DNA of 64,000 bases. Origin: Myxococcota bacterium (lineage in GTDB: Bacteria; Myxococcota_A; Polyangia; Nannocystales; Nannocystaceae). Numbering within the stretch: the stretch's first letter is position 1; each line of letters begins with the position of its first letter. The notes under the pieces were generated by a model. That model was not told the origin of the DNA, searched no databases, and saw only the letters and a program-made list of their open reading frames with translations. The position numbers and the translations under genes are program-made. This document shows, piece by piece, positions 18,986 to 29,353 of this stretch. The DNA is taken from the NCBI GenBank assembly GCA_039194325.1, contig JBCCWC010000012.1, positions 64,267 to 128,266 of the forward strand. Reading direction: 5' to 3'.

Positions 18986-20428
18986 CTAGAGATCAGGATC
19001 TTCGATGAGGATGATGTCGGGCACCGACCCGGGACCTGCGGCCAGCTCGCCCTCGGAGGTGCTCATGCCGAGCCCGAGCTGCCCGCGGTCGTCGACCCCC
19101 CAGCAACGCAGCGCCCCGGTGTCCAGCAACGCACAGGTGTGCTGCGACAGGGCGCCACCGAAGATCGAGACCACGCCGGCGCCCCCGAAGTCGAGCGGGG
19201 CCACGCTGGCCGGAGTCTCGTCGTCGCCGATGTCGTGGCCATGACCGTAGCCGAGGCGGCCGTCGGCATTACCTCCCCAGCAGTACAGCGCCCCGGTATT
19301 CAGCAACGCGCACGAGTGCTGCCCGGCAGCGATCAGATCGACGGCTTCGCCGCCCAGCGCGACGGGAGCCTGGGTGGTCGGCACCTCGTCATCACCGATG
19401 TTGCTGGTGTGGCCGTAGCCGAGCTGACCGACGTCGTTGTACCCCCAGCAGCGCACCACGCCGCTCTCGAGCAGCGCGCAGGTGTGGCTGGCCCCGGCGA
19501 CGATCTTGGTGACCACGCCGCCCAGTGAGACTTCGCCTCCGGTGGCGGCGGGCTCGTTGTCGCCGATGTTGCTGGTGTGGCCGTAGCCGAGCTGACCGAC
19601 GTCGTTGTGACCCCAGCAGTGTACGGAGCCGTCGGGCAGCAGCGCACAGGCGTGGGCGGCCCCGACGGTCACCTGCTGGGCGGGCTCGGCGAGCTCCACG
19701 AGGACCGAGCCGGCCGAGGGAGTACCCATGCCCAGGCCGCTGGGATTGCCGTGCCCGAGCTGACCTTCGTCACCTCGACCCCAGCACTCGATCTGTCCGG
19801 CGGCCAGCAGCGCGCAGCTGAAGCCGTCACCCACGGCGAGCTCTTCGGCCCGATCGACCAAGGTGGGCACCGCGTCGATAGGGGTCTCGTCGTCTCCAAC
19901 GGTGTGGGTGTGGGTCAGCCCGAGCTCGAAGCCCGCGTTGTGCCCCCAGGCCCGCACGCTGCCGTCGGCCAGCACGGCAAAGGCCTGGGTGCCGCTGGTG
20001 GTCACGTGCTGGGCTCGCGCGCCGAGCTCTACGAAGCTCACCGCGGCGGGGATCTCGTCGTCCCCGATGTCGATGGTGCTGGCCTGGCCCAGCTGGCCCT
20101 GATCGCCTCGGCCCCAGCACTTGACGTTGCCGGCGAGGGTCACGGCGCAGGTGGTCGCGTCACCGGTGGAGACCATGGCCACCCCCGACGGCTTGCAGGT
20201 GGCGTCGCACCCGTCGTCGTCGTCGAGGTTGCCGTCGTCGCACTGCTCGGGGGACTGGACGATCCCGTCACCACAGCCGGCGATGGGGGCGCTGCGTAGC
20301 ATGAGTAGGTGTTCTTGGTGAGGGGACTCGAGGACCTGTGTGCATGCTCCGCTAAGCAGGAGCACGGCCGGCAGAAACCGGACGGGTGAGTTGAATAGAA
20401 AGAACTTGGGGGCTTGATTGTCGAACAT
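18986..20428 (-). CDS. RCC1-repeat protein with myxococcal CGDG...CDDG Cys motif
   Basis: CGDGIVQSPEQCDDGN..DGCDATC followed by about seven HxCALL..G.V.CWG.N..GQLG repeats. Confidence 0.88.
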   Translation of the reverse strand: MFDNQAPKFFLFNSPVRFLPAVLLLSGACTQVLESPHQEHLLMLRSAPIAGCGDGIVQSPEQCDDGNLDDDDGCDATCKPSGVAMVSTGDATTCAVTLAGNVKCWGRGDQGQLGQASTIDIGDDEIPAAVSFVELGARAQHVTTSGTQAFAVLADGSVRAWGHNAGFELGLTHTHTVGDDETPIDAVPTLVDRAEELAVGDGFSCALLAAGQIECWGRGDEGQLGHGNPSGLGMGTPSAGSVLVELAEPAQQVTVGAAHACALLPDGSVHCWGHNDVGQLGYGHTSNIGDNEPAATGGEVSLGGVVTKIVAGASHTCALLESGVVRCWGYNDVGQLGYGHTSNIGDDEVPTTQAPVALGGEAVDLIAAGQHSCALLNTGALYCWGGNADGRLGYGHGHDIGDDETPASVAPLDFGGAGVVSIFGGALSQHTCALLDTGALRCWGVDDRGQLGLGMSTSEGELAAGPGSVPDIILIEDPDL

Positions 20429-20806
20429 TGCGAACCTTCCTTGGTTCGGCAAAGCCCCACCGCGAACGAGGCGACACGCCGCCGCCTAGCCCGATCGGGG
20501 ACTTTGCCTACGCGCTCCCGAGTTCTGCACGGCCCGTGCCGAAGTTGAATCCGGGCCCGCGTGGCGACAGCATCGATCGATCCGTGTCGTGTCGTTTCGC
20601 GATGATGGTGACCACCTCGGGGTCATCTACGGACCATGACGAGCTCACCGACCCCACCGGACCATGCCCGATCGAAGCCCGATCGACGCCCGATCCCCCG
20701 GGGACGAGTGCCTCGGTGACGCCCTTTGACCGTGTCGAGTCGAAACGATCTACGCCTCGAGCCGAGGCTCGAGCGGGGTTCCCCCGACACTCGCTCGGCG
20801 CGATCG

Positions 20807-23800
20807 CTACGGCGTTCGTTCGTCGCCCGATCGATGCTCGGCCATCCAAGCCTCGATCTCGTCGTGCAATGAGTTCACCCCGGCTCCGGGAGCCGAGAGC
20901 CGCTCCTGCGCAGCCCGAGCTATGCGCGTAGCCTCACGCTCGTCGCCCAGGTCCCAGAGCACGCGGGAGAGGGCAAATTCGGTCCGTGCCTGGGCCTTGG
21001 GGCGAGTTTCGATCTCCCGATGAATATTCAGCGCTTCGACGAGTCGATCGCGCGCGTCGTCGAGGCGGCCAACCCGATGCAAGGTGCGACCGAGCGCCCA
21101 GGCAGAGCGAGCGAGCTCCGGCCGGGGCTCGTCCGCCGAGAAGGCGACCATGAGGATCGACCGGGCCTTCTCGTGCGACGCGAGCGACTCGTCGTAGCGA
21201 CCTTGCTCGAAGTAAAGCGCCCCGAGGCTCTCGAGCGCGCTGGCCACCCGAGGGTGGGCCGGCCCGTACTTGCGCTCGAAGCTGCGACGGGCCAGCTGGT
21301 AGAGCTCGCCGGCCTCGTCGTAGCGACCCTGGGCCTGCACCGCCTTACCGAGGTTGAGTCGCACCATGGCGATCGCCGGATGATCCTGGTCGTGACCGTA
21401 GGCGGTGAGATACGAGGCCAGCGCGCGACGGTAGTGCTCCTCGGCCTGGGCGTTACGGCCCAAGGAGCGGTGGATCACGCCGAGGTTGGAGCGCGCCCCG
21501 GCCACGTGCTCGTGCTCGGGCTCGTAGACCGATTGCCAGATCCACAGCGCGGTGGTCAGCTCGAGCTCGGCTTCCTCGGTCTTGCCCTGATACAGCAAGG
21601 TGGCCCCCAGGTTGCTTCGAACCAGCGCGGTGGTGGGATGATCGGCCGGCAGGGCGACCTGGGCCACCCGCAGGGCCCGCCGAAGCTTGCGCTCGGCCTC
21701 GCCCTGCTTACCCTGGGGCACGAGCACGGTGGCCAGGTGAGCCAGCTCGAAGGCAACCAGGGGGTGCCGTACGCCTAGCTCACGCTCGACGATGGTCACC
21801 GCCTCCCGAGCGCGCCGCTCGGCCTCGTCGTAGCGCCCCTGGCGCTTGAGCACGCCCCGCAGGCCGTCTAGCGCGTAGACGACTTCGAGGGGATCGGTCT
21901 CCTCGACTCGATCGAGCAGCTTGAGCGCGCGGACCAAGCGATGCTCGGCGGCCTCGTCGTCGCCGAGCTTGCCCAGTAGCTGGCCGATCCGCACCAGGGC
22001 GCGGGCCTCCATCACTCCGTTGGGATCGCGGCGCTGGGCTAGAGCCTCGGCCGACTCGCCCATCCATCGACCGAGCTCGGCATTGCCCAGCATCGCCCCA
22101 GACACAAAGGTGAGCTCCGTGCTGGCCTGGGCGGCGACGTCCTGGTGACCGCTGCGCAGCGCCAGCGAAAAGGCGCGGCGTAGGTCTTGCTCGGCATCAC
22201 CGTAGCGACCCGCGGAGTGGTGTAGATCGCCCCGCTCCCGAAGCACCTCGGCCAACAACGCCGGGTAGCCGAGCTCTTCGGCCTCGGACAGCACGGGCTC
22301 GAGCACGGCCAGGCTCTCGGCGTACTTCCCCGACTTGCGCAGCGCCCAGGCCTTGTGGGCCTGGGCCCGTAGCGGGCCCAGGCGCATCGCGACGGCGGGG
22401 TCGTCGGGCGGAGGAAACTCGGCCGACAGCGCCTCGACGTCGGCACAGCGGGACAGCACGGGGAGATCGGCGATCACCCGGGCCGCCTGCTCGACCACCT
22501 GTGCGTCGGCCCGGGCCAGCAGCCCGACCGCCTGCTCGAGCGCGACACGACGCTGCTCGAGGCAGCGCATGCGCAGGTCGAGCACCGCCTCCGACTGCTC
22601 CCCGTGCACACGGGTCGCCTCACAGGCATCGGTGTGCATGGTGACCCAGGCGGCGGAGTAGTGATCGAGGCGACCCTGTACGGCGGCCCACATGTCGGAT
22701 GCATAGGCCACGCCGGTGTCGAGCAAGGCCGCGTGGATCTGCTCACGCCGAGCCTCGTCCCAGATCCCGTCGAGCCGGCGCGAGGACCCCTGACAGGGTG
22801 GTGTGCGATCGAGCTGACGGTTCGCGCTGACGAGCCCGATGACCCCCAGGTTGGCGGTCACGAGGACCACCGCGCCCCACCGCCTCCAGCGAGCCCTCCG
22901 TTGGTGCTCCAGCCGCCGCAAGAGCTCGTCCATCGATGGCCACCGATCGCCCTGGTCCGGGCTCAGACCCCGCTCGATGATCCGCTGCACCGCGCGCGGG
23001 GTTCCCCGAGCGGCCGAACGAGAGGGCAGCGAGCGGCCCACGGCCCGAGCCACGTCGAGCTCGGTGCCCTGCTGGGGCCGGTGCCCATAGAGCGCCTCGA
23101 ACAAGGAGATGCAGTAGCTGTACTGATCGCTCTTGGCGTCGATCGGCCCGTCGCCGAGCTGCTCCGGGGCCATGTAGGGCAGCGTGCCCAGCACCGTGCC
23201 GTCGCTGGTGAGCGGTCGAGCCAAGGCGCTATTGCTCTTGTCGAGGTCGAGCTCAACGACCGGACGGTCACCCTTGACCCCCTTGCGGGCCTGCGCGGCT
23301 CGCTTGAGGGTCTCCGCATCGCCCGCGAGGCCGAAGTCGAGGACCCATACGCGCCCCTTGCCGTCGACGATGCAGTTGTTGGGCTTGAAGTCGCGATGGA
23401 CGAGCCCCTCGGCGTGGGCGGCGGCCAGCCCTCGACCCGCCTGGATGTATACATCGACGATCTCGGTCCACGAGCGCGGCGTCTGCTGCCAGTCCCAAAG
23501 CGTCTGCCCCGACAGCCGCTCCATCGCGATGAAGGTTCGCCCCTGGTAGAGGCCCACCTCGTAGACCGCCACCACGTTAGGGTGCGACAGACGGGCCAGC
23601 GCCTGGGCCTCGCGGATCAGGCGTTGAGCATGGTGCTCGCCCAGCTCCCGCTGGAGCAGCTTGATCGCGACCGGGCGGTCGAGGGTCTGGTCGTAGGCCT
23701 CGAGCACCACGCCCATGCCGCCGTGTCCGAGCCGACCCCGGATCAGATAGCGGCCGATGCGAGCACCGGTAACGGGATGTTGCTGCTCGTCGAGCATGTA

Positions 23801-23905
23801 CCCTACCGGAGGTAGGTTGCTCTCGGGCCGGGTCGGCGTGGACGGGCGTCCTCCGCCAGCGGCTACGACCCGGTCGCCGTCCGAGCTGATCCCTCCATCG
23901 CCCAT
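20807..23905 (-). CDS. Ser/Thr protein kinase with transmembrane segment and TPR repeats
   Basis: GHGGMG, VAIK, HRDFKPNN, DFG and YMAPE; C-terminal HP..A...NLG TPR repeats. Confidence 0.95.
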   Translation of the reverse strand: MGDGGISSDGDRVVAAGGGRPSTPTRPESNLPPVGYMLDEQQHPVTGARIGRYLIRGRLGHGGMGVVLEAYDQTLDRPVAIKLLQRELGEHHAQRLIREAQALARLSHPNVVAVYEVGLYQGRTFIAMERLSGQTLWDWQQTPRSWTEIVDVYIQAGRGLAAAHAEGLVHRDFKPNNCIVDGKGRVWVLDFGLAGDAETLKRAAQARKGVKGDRPVVELDLDKSNSALARPLTSDGTVLGTLPYMAPEQLGDGPIDAKSDQYSYCISLFEALYGHRPQQGTELDVARAVGRSLPSRSAARGTPRAVQRIIERGLSPDQGDRWPSMDELLRRLEHQRRARWRRWGAVVLVTANLGVIGLVSANRQLDRTPPCQGSSRRLDGIWDEARREQIHAALLDTGVAYASDMWAAVQGRLDHYSAAWVTMHTDACEATRVHGEQSEAVLDLRMRCLEQRRVALEQAVGLLARADAQVVEQAARVIADLPVLSRCADVEALSAEFPPPDDPAVAMRLGPLRAQAHKAWALRKSGKYAESLAVLEPVLSEAEELGYPALLAEVLRERGDLHHSAGRYGDAEQDLRRAFSLALRSGHQDVAAQASTELTFVSGAMLGNAELGRWMGESAEALAQRRDPNGVMEARALVRIGQLLGKLGDDEAAEHRLVRALKLLDRVEETDPLEVVYALDGLRGVLKRQGRYDEAERRAREAVTIVERELGVRHPLVAFELAHLATVLVPQGKQGEAERKLRRALRVAQVALPADHPTTALVRSNLGATLLYQGKTEEAELELTTALWIWQSVYEPEHEHVAGARSNLGVIHRSLGRNAQAEEHYRRALASYLTAYGHDQDHPAIAMVRLNLGKAVQAQGRYDEAGELYQLARRSFERKYGPAHPRVASALESLGALYFEQGRYDESLASHEKARSILMVAFSADEPRPELARSAWALGRTLHRVGRLDDARDRLVEALNIHREIETRPKAQARTEFALSRVLWDLGDEREATRIARAAQERLSAPGAGVNSLHDEIEAWMAEHRSGDERTP

Positions 23906-24092
23906 CGACGACCCGAGTATAGAGCGGTGCGCGTAGCGGCGGGGACCAGCGGCCCGGGCGGGCCGACAGCGAAGGTCGATGCCGAGCTTACGGAGCCCAC
24001 CCCATCGGCCGCGGGCCACCTGGTCCCGGCGATCATGCCGCGAATCTCGGCCCCGACTTTACACCCCGTGAGTCATGGGCGAGCTCACCCGC

Positions 24093-25436
24093 TCAGTGAG
24101 CGAGCCCGTGGGGGGGATGTGGGCGCCGAGGACGGGGCAGCGGCGGTGCCACGCGAGCCCCCGCCGCCTGACGGAACTCGGGGGCCCCATCGACCTGGGC
24201 CGCTTGGAAGGTGGTTTCCCACTCGACCAGGGCAGTGGCATCCGCCGCCAGCACCATGGTCAGATCACGACCTTGCTGCCGGGTGGCGCGGACTCCCTCG
24301 GGAGGGGCGATGCTGTCGATCGCCGCGAGCTGCTGGGCCGACGCCTCGTCGAGGAATCGAACGGTCCAGGCCACGGCCACATCGGCGCTGGTGGGACCCC
24401 CAACGATGAGGAGCCGATCGCCCGCCCAATCTTCGGCCAGGGCCGAGGCGGTGACCTCGTCGATCCCGCTGCGGCGAGCCACCGCAAAGAGGACCCAGGC
24501 ACCCAGGGTGTCGTCGGCGACGACCGACCACCTCGCGGGGAGGGGCTCGGCGGTGAGCAAGGGCGTGTCGACCTGGTCGCGAGGATCGGCCCCGGACAGG
24601 GTGCGCAAGACCGCGGCGGTCGAACCGGGCGGGGTGTCGTAGAGATCGAGCACGCCCGGATCTCCCTGCGCAAACCAGCGCTCGGTGACCAGCTCGCCGC
24701 CAAAGGGGTACGGGAACGACGAGGACAGGCTGGTATAGCTCGCACTGGAGACGCCGCTGGCGGCGTCTCGCAGATCTTGCTGCTGCTCGGCGTAGTACGT
24801 GTCGAAGATCCCCGGGGAGATCGACGCCCCTGGCTGCCGGGCCATGGTGACGTTGGAGTAGTGGACCGCCTCGCCCTCGGTGACCGAGCGAGTGGCGGCG
24901 GTGGCATCGGCCGTGTTGGCGTGCTCGTCGAAGAAGTCCTGCAGGCCGATGTCGACGTCTTGCTGGGCATGCACGAACTCGTGGGAGAGCACGAACACCG
25001 AGGTCTCGGCGGAGACATCGCCCAGGTTGGTCTCGATGATGGTCACGCTGGCATCGGCCCGCGAATAGAACGCCAGCACGCTGGCGGCGTAGGACGCGAT
25101 GGCGGCCTCATCACTCGAGGTCTGGCCGGGGGGCAATAGCGAGAGCATGCGCAGGGCGGTGGCGATCTGTGCGTCGGCCCGCACCTGCGCGTCGGTGGGC
25201 TCGTCTCCCTGCCGCAGCAGGGCCTCGAACTCGTCGCGGGTGATCGAGAACACCCGCGGGACGGTGCGACCCGAGTGACCGCGCGCGCACGCGGTCTGCA
25301 CGAACACGTGCTCGCGACACTCGACCGAGCCGATGTCGCAGACCTCCAGCGAGTCTTCGCAACTTTGTTCGTCGGCGCAGCCGACACCCAACGCGAGCAA
25401 TCCGGCGAGACCGGCCAGGGCAGACGAAGCCTTCAT
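24093..25436 (-). CDS. Lipoprotein with zincin-like HExxH metallopeptidase motif
   Basis: LGVGC lipobox; AFY, SHEFVHAQQD..EGEA, FPY.FG and WAGD. Confidence 0.7.
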   Translation of the reverse strand: MKASSALAGLAGLLALGVGCADEQSCEDSLEVCDIGSVECREHVFVQTACARGHSGRTVPRVFSITRDEFEALLRQGDEPTDAQVRADAQIATALRMLSLLPPGQTSSDEAAIASYAASVLAFYSRADASVTIIETNLGDVSAETSVFVLSHEFVHAQQDVDIGLQDFFDEHANTADATAATRSVTEGEAVHYSNVTMARQPGASISPGIFDTYYAEQQQDLRDAASGVSSASYTSLSSSFPYPFGGELVTERWFAQGDPGVLDLYDTPPGSTAAVLRTLSGADPRDQVDTPLLTAEPLPARWSVVADDTLGAWVLFAVARRSGIDEVTASALAEDWAGDRLLIVGGPTSADVAVAWTVRFLDEASAQQLAAIDSIAPPEGVRATRQQGRDLTMVLAADATALVEWETTFQAAQVDGAPEFRQAAGARVAPPLPRPRRPHPPHGLAH

Positions 25437-25892
25437 TGAGCCCTGAGCATAGCCGAGGATGGGCACCTGGGCGCCCCCTCCCCGGTCCGAACCGCCGCCG
25501 AGCCCTCGTGCGCTGATGGGCTCGAGCCTGTGCGCAGAGCCCGGCGCTCTGCCATGGCTCATGACGACCGTGCGAGCCTCGCGAGCAGCGCCATCCCTAT
25601 CGCTTCACCCTAGTGCCTCGTGCCCGGCGTGCTGCTGATGGGCATGCTCGTGTCGCCGGTCTTCGCGGTCGCTTGCTCGGTGCTGGCCACGCGCGGCAAC
25701 GACCCCCAAACGAGGCGCCGACTCGATTTCGTCCTCAACCATCTGTTCAACGACGGTATCTGCTTAGTCGTGGTGGAAGAGCTTTGCGACGATCCTCCAC
25801 GCACCGTCCACCTGGAGGAGGTGAAACTTGGTCACGAAGGAGCCACCGTAGAGATGATCCTCTACGATCACCGCGGTCGCCGTTCGAGCGAC

Positions 25893-26579
25893 TCATTGTG
25901 CCACCTGCTTCGTCCTCGTGTATTCAAATAGATCGCCGGCTATCTGCTCGACACTTTGCCGCACCGCCTGGACCGCGAATTCCGGCGCGGTCTCCGGGCC
26001 ACCGGAGTTGTAGGGCGGCGCCGGACGATACTCGAACATGAGCTGCATGACATGCGCGGTGGACTCTGAGATCACCTGTGAGATCACGGTCAGGGCAAAA
26101 TCGAGGCCTGCGGTCATTCCGCCGCCGGTGATCCGGTTACCGGAAATGCAGACACGTTCATCCACCTGCTGCACCTTCGGATAGCTCGCCAGTGCTTGCG
26201 TATAAGCCCAGTGGGTCGCCGCTTTGTGCCCATCGAGCAATCCCGCTTCCGCGAGAATGAGCGATCCGGTGCAAACCGAGGTTACATAGTCCGCCTTTTC
26301 GCCGGCCCTTTTGATGAATGAGATCACCTCCTGGTCTTGCATCTGCGCGAGGACGTTGCCGCCGCCGGGCATGACCAAGACGTCGACATCGGGGCAATCG
26401 TCGAACCCGTAGTGCGGCGTGAGCAACGCTCGCGCGTCGGACATGACGGGCTCCGACGTCTTGGCGAAGGTGAAGGTCTCGATCTCCGGGACCAATGCAA
26501 AGAACTGCAGCGGGCCGTAGGCGTCGATCATGGTCATGTTGGGAAAGAGATAGATGCCAACCTTTTTCTTCTCGGTCAT
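25893..26579 (-). CDS. DJ-1/PfpI family protein (isonitrile-hydratase-like)
   Basis: MIDAYGP, MPGG, SVCTG nucleophile, ATHW and EY.P.PP..SG.P. Confidence 0.9.
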   Translation of the reverse strand: MTEKKKVGIYLFPNMTMIDAYGPLQFFALVPEIETFTFAKTSEPVMSDARALLTPHYGFDDCPDVDVLVMPGGGNVLAQMQDQEVISFIKRAGEKADYVTSVCTGSLILAEAGLLDGHKAATHWAYTQALASYPKVQQVDERVCISGNRITGGGMTAGLDFALTVISQVISESTAHVMQLMFEYRPAPPYNSGGPETAPEFAVQAVRQSVEQIAGDLFEYTRTKQVAQ

Positions 26580-27235
26580 CGTTTTTCTCCGTGAGATCCG
26601 GTTCGATCGCGTAGCGCGGCCTTCTCGAGGCCAAGGCACGTTTGGACGCTCGGTCGAGCGAGCATTCGCTCTTTGAACGCCGCGAGATTGGGATACGACG
26701 CCTCGAGCTTCACGCCTAGCCGGGGCAGCAGCATGGTCGCCCAGAACAGATAGGCATCGGCCACACAAAAATCACTGCCGAGGAGAAACGGCCGCTTTGA
26801 CAAGGCGCGCTCGGGGTGGCGCAGGACATTCGGCAGCACCGTCGTCGTGACATAGTCACGCATCGCCTCTGGGACGGCGGGATTGAAGTAGATCGCCAGC
26901 ACTTGCTTGTGGATCTCGGTCGATGTGAACGCGAGCCACTCGTCGAGTCGCATCTGGCTACGCTCGCCATCTTCATCATCTTGTGAGGCCAGCGTGAGCG
27001 CAGGGGCGAGGCTGCCGATATACCGCAAGATCGCGATGTTCTCGGTGAGCACCGCTCCGCTGTCGAGGACGAGCGTGGAGACCTTGCCCTTGGGGTTGAC
27101 CTCCAGGAAGTTAGCGCCACTTTGGGTTCGCTTGGTCGCCAGGTCGACCCACTCGATCGTAACGTCGATCTGAGCCTCTCTTAGGGCGATGTGCGGCCCC
27201 ATCGAGCACGCAAAGGGGGATGCATAGAGCTTCAT
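26576..27235 (-). CDS. Glutathione S-transferase (beta class-like)
   Basis: KLYASPFACS, NPKGKV, LTENIAI and VADAYLF; ATGA-coupled to the DJ-1 gene. Confidence 0.92.
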   Translation of the reverse strand: MKLYASPFACSMGPHIALREAQIDVTIEWVDLATKRTQSGANFLEVNPKGKVSTLVLDSGAVLTENIAILRYIGSLAPALTLASQDDEDGERSQMRLDEWLAFTSTEIHKQVLAIYFNPAVPEAMRDYVTTTVLPNVLRHPERALSKRPFLLGSDFCVADAYLFWATMLLPRLGVKLEASYPNLAAFKERMLARPSVQTCLGLEKAALRDRTGSHGEKR

Positions 27236-27322
27236 GATGGTCTCCTAGTCGCGCCCACCGGCAGGCCGAGGGTGTGGGCTAGCCGCGAACGCCGGTTGAA
27301 GTAGGCGTTCTCGCCCCTGCCT

Positions 27323-27389
27323 GGTCCATCCGGTCCATCCGGTCCATCCGGTCCATCCGGTCCATCCGGTCCATCCGGTCCATCCGGTC
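27323..27389. repeat. 9-bp tandem repeat x7 (GGTCCATCC)
   Basis: Perfect units are directly visible upstream of the GST gene. Confidence 0.95.
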
Positions 27390-27816
27390 TGGTTGACCAA
27401 GGCCGTTTGAGCCCGTCGATGACGGCCCGTGGGCTGCCATGAACATGCCCCCTACCCACCTTGGCAGCAATGACAAATAACCCTCGTTTTCAGCCACGCC
27501 GGCATGCATCGCGCTCCGGTCCCTGCCAGCTCGTGCGGCCACGAGTCTCGGACCCACCGAGTACGGCACGAGCCCCATCGCCACCGCCGTACCGAGCGGT
27601 GTCGCGCACCACGCGAAGCGTCCAGCCAAAACGACCGGTCGGGAAGACAGGGCCCTAGCGGTGTTTCGGCCACGCGAAGGGGCCACGACGGGCTGCTCGG
27701 CCATACACGGGCCCTGATCCCTGTGAGCGGGCCTACAGGTCGATTCCCCGGTCTAGCGGACCGCGAGACAACGGTGATCCGCTCGGCCGCGCGGTAAGGT
27801 ACTGTCTGGGCCGAGT

Positions 27817-28401
27817 ATGGGAGCCGGTCTCGAAAAGCTGGGCATCGTCGACGACGCGGAAGGGCCTGCCCGGGAATCCGCGGGCGACGAGGTGATCCAG
27901 TCGCTGCCCCGGGAGGACGAGAAGACCCGGCGGATCGAGGTGCTCCAGCGCATGCTCCGCCAGGTCGCCCTCTTCGACGGCCTGCTGCCCGTGCACCTGG
28001 AGCGGATCGCCAGCCTGGTGCAGGAGGTCCACTACGCCCACGGCGAGCCGGTGTTCAGCCACGGCGACGACGGCGACGGGCTGTACCTGATCCTCAGCGG
28101 GGCCGTCCGGATCAGCCGTAGCGTGTCCGGGATCGGCGAGGAGGCGCTCGCGATCCTCAAGCCGGGCATGTACTTCGGCGAGATGTCGATCGTCGACGAC
28201 GATGTGCCCCGCTCGGCCGACGCGATCGCCCACGAGGAGTCGCGGCTGCTCAAGCTGCCCAAGGACGACCTGCGCGATCTGATGTTCGTCGACCGCGAGC
28301 TGGCCTATGAGCTGCTGTGGCGCTTCGTCCGCACGCTCAGCTCACGCCTGCGAGACTCGAACGACCGGCTGCTGATGCTGACGGTCAGCTCGAAGTTCTG
28401 A
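27817..28401 (+). CDS. Stand-alone cyclic-nucleotide-binding domain protein
   Basis: GDDGDGLYLILSG.V and FGEMSI....RSA phosphate-binding cassette; no C-terminal HTH. Confidence 0.9.
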   Translation: MGAGLEKLGIVDDAEGPARESAGDEVIQSLPREDEKTRRIEVLQRMLRQVALFDGLLPVHLERIASLVQEVHYAHGEPVFSHGDDGDGLYLILSGAVRISRSVSGIGEEALAILKPGMYFGEMSIVDDDVPRSADAIAHEESRLLKLPKDDLRDLMFVDRELAYELLWRFVRTLSSRLRDSNDRLLMLTVSSKF

Positions 28402-28468
28402 GCCGCGCTCGCGCTCGAACGTCAGGACACACGAACAGGACACACGTCGTATAGATAGCCGAGCCGCC

Positions 28469-29350
28469 TTAGGTCGGCCGACAGACCCCGCCGAACTCGG
28501 GCTGGTCCTCAAAGAAGAGCACGCAGGTCTCGTCGGGCGCAACGCAGGTGGGCATCGCCTCGGTGCCGATGCAAAGCGCTCGGCACACCCCCATACCCGT
28601 GCTGGGATCGACCTCATCGCAAAACGCAGTGAGCTCACAGTCATCGTAGATCGACTCGGCCTCGCAAGGCTCGCCGGCCGAGCCCAACGACTCGGCGAGC
28701 GGATAGGCGCAGTGGGTGTAGGGCAGCGGCTCATAGTCCTCGTCGAGTGCAGGCACGCACTTTTCCACCGGGCCGCAGATCACCTGTGGGTCGGTCCAGA
28801 AGTCACAGGTATACGGAATGAAGGGATTGACCCCACAGATGAAATCGCTGTCGACCAGACAGCCGCAGCCACTGCCTTCATCATACGGTGAGTTGCAAAG
28901 CGCAAGCGTACACGCGAGATCGTGGGAGAGGTTGTCGTCGCAGGCCTCGGGGCGCTCGGCCACGCACTCGATGATATACGGCGGCTCCGGAGAATCCTCG
29001 CAGAAGATGCAGACCTTCTGGTTGAAGTTCTGCACGCAGATCTCCGAATCGGCACAGATGTCGCAGTCGGGGAATTCGACCCCGGTGCTCGTCTCGCCCG
29101 TCGAGCCGGTGCTGCCGGTCGAGCTCGCTCCGTCCGCCGCGGTCGGGTCCGAGCCCGGGCTCTCGGTCGAGCCGCCCAGACCATCGGTGGTGTCCTGCGC
29201 CGGCCCGGGCCGGTTCCCGGAGGTCATCCCCCCGCCCCCCGTGTCCGCCATCCCCACGGGCTGACTGGAGGGTAGACACGCCCCGACCAGGGCAACCCCC
29301 CAAAGACCGAGCCACGAGCGAGAACCACGATGATGACGAGCCATGTTCAT
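28469..29350 (-). CDS. Cys-rich lipoprotein
   Basis: LVGAC lipobox, Ser/Thr/Gly linker and many Cys residues (CDFW...C..EKCVP, G.AGEPC). Confidence 0.75.
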   Translation of the reverse strand: MNMARHHRGSRSWLGLWGVALVGACLPSSQPVGMADTGGGGMTSGNRPGPAQDTTDGLGGSTESPGSDPTAADGASSTGSTGSTGETSTGVEFPDCDICADSEICVQNFNQKVCIFCEDSPEPPYIIECVAERPEACDDNLSHDLACTLALCNSPYDEGSGCGCLVDSDFICGVNPFIPYTCDFWTDPQVICGPVEKCVPALDEDYEPLPYTHCAYPLAESLGSAGEPCEAESIYDDCELTAFCDEVDPSTGMGVCRALCIGTEAMPTCVAPDETCVLFFEDQPEFGGVCRPT

Positions 29351-29353
29351 GAC

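Noticed and set aside
25620..25931. 103-aa plus-strand ORF
   Set aside because: No recognisable motif or RBS and it overlaps the DJ-1 3' end; cannot be supported without a homology search.
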